From Nitrospirota bacterium (GTDB lineage Bacteria > Nitrospirota > UBA9217): a DNA stretch of 64,000 nucleotides. Below the pieces are notes generated by a model that searched no databases, was not told the DNA's origin, and saw nothing but the letters and a program-made list of their open reading frames with translations. The translations under genes were made by a program, and so were the position numbers. Positions 59,089 through 64,000 of this stretch are shown here, piece after piece (within the stretch, counting starts at the first letter, position 1; each line of letters starts with the position of its first letter). The stretch covers positions 544,001 to 608,000 of the forward strand of contig CAVUCU010000004.1 in assembly GCA_963740085.1 (NCBI GenBank), written 5' to 3'.

Positions 59089-59534
59089 ATATTTTCCAGT
59101 TCAGCGATCCGCTTCCTTATCTCTTCAGTGATAGCGGTCTTCTTTCCTTCGCGATAATTATACATCACCACCACACCATCGCCCTCCGCTGCGATCTTCC
59201 CGTGACGACGGCTCACCACTACGTATTTCATCGAGAAACGATCCTCCTCAACGCCAACGATCTTTGCCCCAACAGAGACGGTATCGGGATATGTGAGGGG
59301 TAATTTGTATTTACAGCTCGTTGAGGCAAGGATGGGGCCGATGCCGGTCTCGTCTTTCATCTTGTGCAGTCCGAGCTTCTCGGAGTAAAGAATGCGCGCG
59401 CTCTCGAAGTAGCGGAAGTAAACGATGTTGTTCACGTGTTGGAAAGAGTCCATTTCTCCCCAGGCAACGGGAATTTCAATTACAACGGGATAGCCTTCTA
59501 AAAAATTGTTGTCCATATTTTTTTGCATGATCAT
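59085..59534 (-). CDS. Acyl-CoA thioesterase (4HBT/YbgC hot-dog fold); start may be 59528 or 59516
   Basis: WGEMDSFQHVNN..YFRYFESAR. Confidence 0.9.
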   Translation of the reverse strand: MIMQKNMDNNFLEGYPVVIEIPVAWGEMDSFQHVNNIVYFRYFESARILYSEKLGLHKMKDETGIGPILASTSCKYKLPLTYPDTVSVGAKIVGVEEDRFSMKYVVVSRRHGKIAAEGDGVVVMYNYREGKKTAITEEIRKRIAELENI

Positions 59535-59594
59535 TCTCTTTTACTTTTCACCGGCTTCGTTTTGTTCTGTGACTTGGCAAGCTTCGTCTCGGTT

Positions 59595-59741
59595 TCATTT
59601 TTGTATGATATATCTCTTCTTCCCGATTATTTCTGACTTTAACCAATCCTCCAAATCATGTCCATGCACCTTCCCTCTTTTTTCAAAGAGGTCATAGGCA
59701 ACCTTGGCGACTTCATCATAGAAATTATCAAGCTGGTTCAT
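59595..59741 (-). CDS. DUF2934-family small protein
   Basis: AKVAYDLFEKRG..HGHDLEDWL.SE; SD AGGAGG. Confidence 0.8.
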   Translation of the reverse strand: MNQLDNFYDEVAKVAYDLFEKRGKVHGHDLEDWLKSEIIGKKRYIIQK

Positions 59742-59880
59742 CCGGCGCCTCCTGTTAAATGGCAATCCTTCATCTTCACCCCGCCGTGGTTTGCTTGTGT
59801 GGCTTAGAACCATAATAGCCGAGTGAAAGAAAACCTTCAAGGCAAAAAAAGAAAATAAGCGCGGCGGATAAAAGAAAGGG

Positions 59881-62800
59881 TCAGATAAGCGAGACAACGC
59901 CGGCGCCGAGCACGGACTCGATCTCGGTGATGAGCTGCTCGTTGGGGTTGACCCGGATGTCGCGGCCCACGGAAATAAGGGATTCCTTACGAACGGGGTT
60001 CTGGAGGCGGAAATAGACGGGGATGGAACCCTGGTAACGGAGAAGGATGTCCTTGACCTTCAGGAGGTCGTCCTGCGTCATACCGGTGGAGTTCAGCTTG
60101 ATGTCCATCCTGGTGGTGCCTTTTTTCTTCACCTCCGTGAGGAGATGGAGGCGCATGGCCTTGATCTTGTTGCCCTGTTCGCTCTTGTCGAGCTGGCCCG
60201 CCACGATAAGCGGCGTGTCGGTCAGCAGCATATGCTGCGCGGTCCTGTAAAGGTCAGGGAAGATGATGACCTCAATGGTTCCGAAGAGGTCTTCGAAACT
60301 CAGGATCGCCATTTTCTCGTTCTTCTTCGTCATCTTCGGTTTAAGCCCCGCGATGACCCCGCAGATGGTCACTTCCCTGCCGTCCGGGATGGTCTCGAGC
60401 GTTTCCGTGGTTGCCGTGGCGTAGCGCTTGATGTCCGCCTCGAAGGCCGCCAGGGGATGGCCGCTGATATAGAACCCCACGCTTTCTTTCTCGTAGGCCA
60501 GAAGCCGGCCCTCCTTCCACTCAGGGACGTCAGGGAGGGCGATCTCCTTGTGGCCTTCCATGGAATCAAAGATGCTGAACTGTCCAATGGCCTCCTGCTC
60601 CTGGTGTTTGCCGCCCTGGTCGATGAGCATGTCGAGACCGTCCATCATCTGAGCCCTGCGTGCGCCGGTATCGTCAAAGGCCCCGCACTTGATGAGCGCC
60701 TCGATCACCCGGTGGTTAACTCTGCGCTGGTCTACCTTCTGGCAGAAATCCGCGAGGGACGTGAAAGGGCCTTTTGCCTGTCGCCCTTCGACGATCGCCT
60801 CAATTGCGGAGAGGCCCACATTCTTGACCGCGGCCAGGCCGAAGCGAATGGACCCGATCGTGCTGCCGGGTTCCACCTCATCGCGGTCGTGCGAATCCGT
60901 CACGGTAAAGTCCCACATGCTCTGGTTCACGTCCGGTGGCAGGATGTTGATGCTCATCTGTCGCACTTCGTTGATATACTTCACCACCTTGTCCGTGTCC
61001 TGGACCTCGCTCGTGAGCAGCGCAGCCATGTACTCTACGGGAAAATGGTACTTCAAGTATGCGGTCTGATAAGAAACGAGGGCGTAGGCCGCGCTGTGGG
61101 ACTTGTTGAATCCGTACTCCGCGAACTTGGCCATGAGGTCGAAGATCGCCTCAGCCTTTTTCAGGTTGATTTTCTGTTTTTCCGCGCCTTTGAGGAATGG
61201 CACCTTTTCCTTGGCCATGACCTCGGGGTCTTTCTTTCCCATGGAACGACGCAGCAGGTCAGCGCCGCCGAGAGAATAGCCCGCCAGGGTGCGGGCGATC
61301 TGCATCACCTGTTCCTGATAAACGATGACACCGTAGGTCTCTTTGAGTATCGGTTCGAGCGCGGGCAGTTCGTAAGTTATCTTCGTAGCGCCTTTTTTCC
61401 TTTTAATGAAGTCGTCCACCATACCGCTCCCGAGAGGTCCCGGCCGGTAGAGGGCCACGAGAGCAATGATATCTTCGAAGCATTGAGGCTTCATCTTGAT
61501 AACGATATCGCGCATGCCTGAGGACTCGAGCTGAAAGATGCCCGCTGTCTCTCCGCGCGACAGGAGTTCAAAGGTCTTTGCATCATCCAGGGGGATGCGG
61601 GAGATGTCGAACCGTTCAGCGTGCTCCAGAGGGGCCTTGGAAAGCCGCAGGTTGATCGTCTTGACGGCCTTGTCGATGACCGTAAGTGTGCGCAGACCGA
61701 GAAAGTCGAATTTTACGAGACCTATCTTTTCGACACCTTTCATATCGAACTGGGTGATGATCTCGTCCTTTGGCGTCTTGAAGAGAGGGAGATATTCTGT
61801 GAGCGGTTCCTGAGAGATCACGACTCCCGCCGCGTGTTTCGATGCATGCCTGACCTGGCCTTCGAGGTGGAGCGCGATCTCGATCAGTTCGGCCATGCGC
61901 GGGTCCTTCTTGAGCTCTTTGAGCTTTGGCTCCTGCTCCATGGCCTTTTCCAGTGTTATGCCAAGGGTGTTCGGCACGAGCTTGGCGACCTTGTCCACTT
62001 CGGCGTAAGGAATATCGAGCACCCTCCCGACATCGCGGATCACCCCCTTGGCAAGCATGGTTCCGTAGGTGATGATCTGGGTAACATGGTCCTGCCCGTA
62101 CTTTTCGGTAACGTACTTCAACACCTCGTCACGGCGGTCCATGCAGAAGTCCACGTCGATGTCCGGCATGCTGATGCGCTCGGGGTTGAGAAACCGTTCG
62201 AACAGCAGGTTGTAGGGGATGGGGTCGAGGTCCGTTATCCTGAGGCTGTATGCCACGAGACTTCCGGCCGCGGAGCCCCGGCCCGGGCCCACGGGGATGT
62301 CCTTTTCCCTGGCATAACGGATAAAGTCCCAGACGATCAGAAAATATCCGGCAAAGCCCATCTTGCCGAGCATCTCGATCTCGAATTCCAGTCTTTTTTT
62401 ATACGCCTCGCGGTCAATGCTGCCGGGGCCGCGCACTGCCTCGATCTCCGCGAACCGTTCTTCGAGCCCCTTGCGGCTGAGGTCAGCCATGTAGGATTCA
62501 CGCGTGGTGCCTTCAGGGACGGGGAAGTGGGGGAGGTGATACTTGCCAAGTTCAAGTTCCAGGTTGCAACGTTCGGCAATGGCCACCGTGTTCGAGATCG
62601 CTTCGGGCACGTCTGCAAAGGACTTTTTCATCTCCTCGGGCGTCTTCACGTAGAAGGTCTCGGAGGCGAACTTCATCCGGTTCGCGTCTTTTACTGTTTT
62701 TCCGGTTTGGATGCAGAGAAGGGCATCGTGAGACTTGTGGTCCTCCCTGTTCAGGTAATGGCAGTCGTTTGTTGCCACCACAGGGATCCCGGTATCGGTC

Positions 62801-63396
62801 GACAAGCGGAGTAACTCACGATTAGCCTGGTCCTGTTCGGGAATGCCGTTGTCCTGGAGCTCGAAGTAGAAGTTTTCAACGCCGAGGATAGCCTGGTATT
62901 CAAGGGCGGTTTTCTTTGCGTCGTCGTACCGCCCCTGAAGCAGGAGCTTGGGAATCTCTCCTGAAAGACATGCCGACATGCCGATAAGACCCTCAGAATA
63001 TTTCCTGAGGAGTTCCTTGTCGATTCGCGGCTTATAGTAAAAGCCCTCGAGGTATCCCGCGGTCACGAGTTTGACGAGGTTCTTATATCCGACCTTGTTC
63101 CGTGCCAGGAGAATGAGGTGATAGGAACTTTCTTCGTGTTGCCCTGCTGTGCCGGCTTTTTCAAAACGTGACCCGGGAGCCACATACATTTCGCAGCCGA
63201 TGATGGGTTTGATCCCGGCCTTGGTGGCCTTGAGATAGAAATCCAGGGCGCCGAACAGGTTGCCGTGGTCCGTGACGGCGATCGCGGGCATACGCAGTTC
63301 AACGGCTTTTTTGATCAGGTCATCGAGTGCGTTGGCGCCGTCAAGAAGGCTGTATTCGGTGTGGAGGTGGAGGTGGACGAAGTCGGCATGATGCAT
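59881..63396 (-). CDS. dnaE: DNA polymerase III alpha subunit
   Basis: HLHLHTEYSLLDG, TDHG, GRGSAAGS, PDIDVD, KFDFLGL, YGFNKSH, OB domain. Confidence 0.98.
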   Translation of the reverse strand: MHHADFVHLHLHTEYSLLDGANALDDLIKKAVELRMPAIAVTDHGNLFGALDFYLKATKAGIKPIIGCEMYVAPGSRFEKAGTAGQHEESSYHLILLARNKVGYKNLVKLVTAGYLEGFYYKPRIDKELLRKYSEGLIGMSACLSGEIPKLLLQGRYDDAKKTALEYQAILGVENFYFELQDNGIPEQDQANRELLRLSTDTGIPVVATNDCHYLNREDHKSHDALLCIQTGKTVKDANRMKFASETFYVKTPEEMKKSFADVPEAISNTVAIAERCNLELELGKYHLPHFPVPEGTTRESYMADLSRKGLEERFAEIEAVRGPGSIDREAYKKRLEFEIEMLGKMGFAGYFLIVWDFIRYAREKDIPVGPGRGSAAGSLVAYSLRITDLDPIPYNLLFERFLNPERISMPDIDVDFCMDRRDEVLKYVTEKYGQDHVTQIITYGTMLAKGVIRDVGRVLDIPYAEVDKVAKLVPNTLGITLEKAMEQEPKLKELKKDPRMAELIEIALHLEGQVRHASKHAAGVVISQEPLTEYLPLFKTPKDEIITQFDMKGVEKIGLVKFDFLGLRTLTVIDKAVKTINLRLSKAPLEHAERFDISRIPLDDAKTFELLSRGETAGIFQLESSGMRDIVIKMKPQCFEDIIALVALYRPGPLGSGMVDDFIKRKKGATKITYELPALEPILKETYGVIVYQEQVMQIARTLAGYSLGGADLLRRSMGKKDPEVMAKEKVPFLKGAEKQKINLKKAEAIFDLMAKFAEYGFNKSHSAAYALVSYQTAYLKYHFPVEYMAALLTSEVQDTDKVVKYINEVRQMSINILPPDVNQSMWDFTVTDSHDRDEVEPGSTIGSIRFGLAAVKNVGLSAIEAIVEGRQAKGPFTSLADFCQKVDQRRVNHRVIEALIKCGAFDDTGARRAQMMDGLDMLIDQGGKHQEQEAIGQFSIFDSMEGHKEIALPDVPEWKEGRLLAYEKESVGFYISGHPLAAFEADIKRYATATTETLETIPDGREVTICGVIAGLKPKMTKKNEKMAILSFEDLFGTIEVIIFPDLYRTAQHMLLTDTPLIVAGQLDKSEQGNKIKAMRLHLLTEVKKKGTTRMDIKLNSTGMTQDDLLKVKDILLRYQGSIPVYFRLQNPVRKESLISVGRDIRVNPNEQLITEIESVLGAGVVSLI

Positions 63397-63410
63397 AATA
63401 GTAAAGCAAG

Positions 63411-63537
63411 CTCCAAATTCCAAGCGCCAAATTACAAACAAAGTTCAAATACCAAATTCCAAATTCAAAACTGTTTGGTTATTGAGATTTGGTGATTGGT
63501 AATTATTTGTTTTTTGGAATTTGGTATTTGGAAATTT
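63411..63537. repeat. 7-nt-period inverted tandem repeat
   Basis: (CAAATTC)-like units x~8 followed by (TTTGGAA/TTTGGTA)-like units x~8. Confidence 0.85.
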
Positions 63538-63559
63538 CTCTTCCGCAAAACGGAAGAAA

Positions 63560-63635
63560 TGGAGGCGGCGATCGGATTTGAACCGATGAATGAAGGTTTT
63601 GCAGACCTCTGCCTTAGCCACTTGGCTACGCCGCC
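63560..63635 (-). tRNA. tRNA-Cys(GCA)
   Basis: GGCGGCG/CGCCGCC acceptor, U discriminator, anticodon loop CT-GCA-AA, CCA. Confidence 0.96.
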
Positions 63636-63655
63636 GCATGTCAGTTATCACTTAG

Positions 63656-63746
63656 AAGTTTTGAGTTGGGAGTAAAAGAGATGAAGATACGAGTCGTGAG
63701 TTACGAGATGAGAAAGTTTAACTCCGAACTCCGAACTCAGCACTTT
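63656..63746. repeat. 7-nt-period inverted tandem repeat
   Basis: GAGTTGG, GAGTCGT, GAGTTAC ... AACTCCG AACTCCG AACTCAG CACT. Confidence 0.7.
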
Positions 63747-63757
63747 GAACAAAAAAA

Positions 63758-63833
63758 TGGAGCGGGTGGCGGGATTCGAACCCGTGACCTCAACCTTGGC
63801 AAGGTCGCGCTCTACCAACTGAGCTACACCCGC
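63758..63833 (-). tRNA. tRNA-Gly(GCC)
   Basis: GCGGGTG/CACCCGC acceptor, loop TT-GCC-AA, GGTTCGAAT, CCA. Confidence 0.96.
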
Positions 63834-64000
63834 ATACGTCAGAACATACCCCAGAATGTTTTCTGCCGTTTGACTGGGCAAATATAACAAAGTGGTATTT
63901 CAATGTCAATAGAAAAGAATCTGAAAACAACTCAGGTGTATAGACTGAAGGGAGAAGGGTGTGAGAAAAATCAAGTTGAGATACTTCAATCATCAGCCTT

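Noticed and set aside
60145-62814. Long plus-strand ORFs (458 and 397 aa)
   Set aside because: Antisense shadows of dnaE.
59881-63396. Intein in dnaE (also checked polA and ligA)
   Set aside because: Normal lengths; only short loop insertions and no splice-junction motifs.
63411-63537. Possible CRISPR array
   Set aside because: Units are 7 nt and contiguous, with no unique spacers and no cas genes.

Overview
Mostly core chromosome of a moderately GC-rich diderm bacterium. The gene content and order (pilB-pilT-pilC-pilS-pilR, ccsA-hemA-hemC-cobA/hemD-hemB, MqnL-type decarboxylase, CFI-box-CTERM protein) suggest Nitrospirota or a deltaproteobacteria-like lineage; this is inference. Housekeeping genes include ligA, nfo (frameshifted), queE, an NFACT/RqcH-family gene, mazG, glnD, tamB, polA, aroE, purC, lysS, lolE/lolD, the heme operon, dnaE and three tRNAs (Thr-CGT, Cys-GCA, Gly-GCC). 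A small accessory patch lies at 41.4-44.8 kb, and there are several gene remnants. No CRISPR array, prophage, integrase or transposase was seen. Three signals are not explained by the gene annotation. (1) About 15 intergenic spacers, many inside housekeeping operons, carry degenerate 7-10 nt-period tandem repeats arranged as inverted arms, in several sequence classes, with no cargo gene; there are also two REP/MITE-like elements. (2) A secreted or membrane ORF ends in SGLSPP, and its last codons can pair with the Shine-Dalgarno of the next gene, an arrest-peptide-like architecture. (3) lolD appears to start at a non-canonical ACG.
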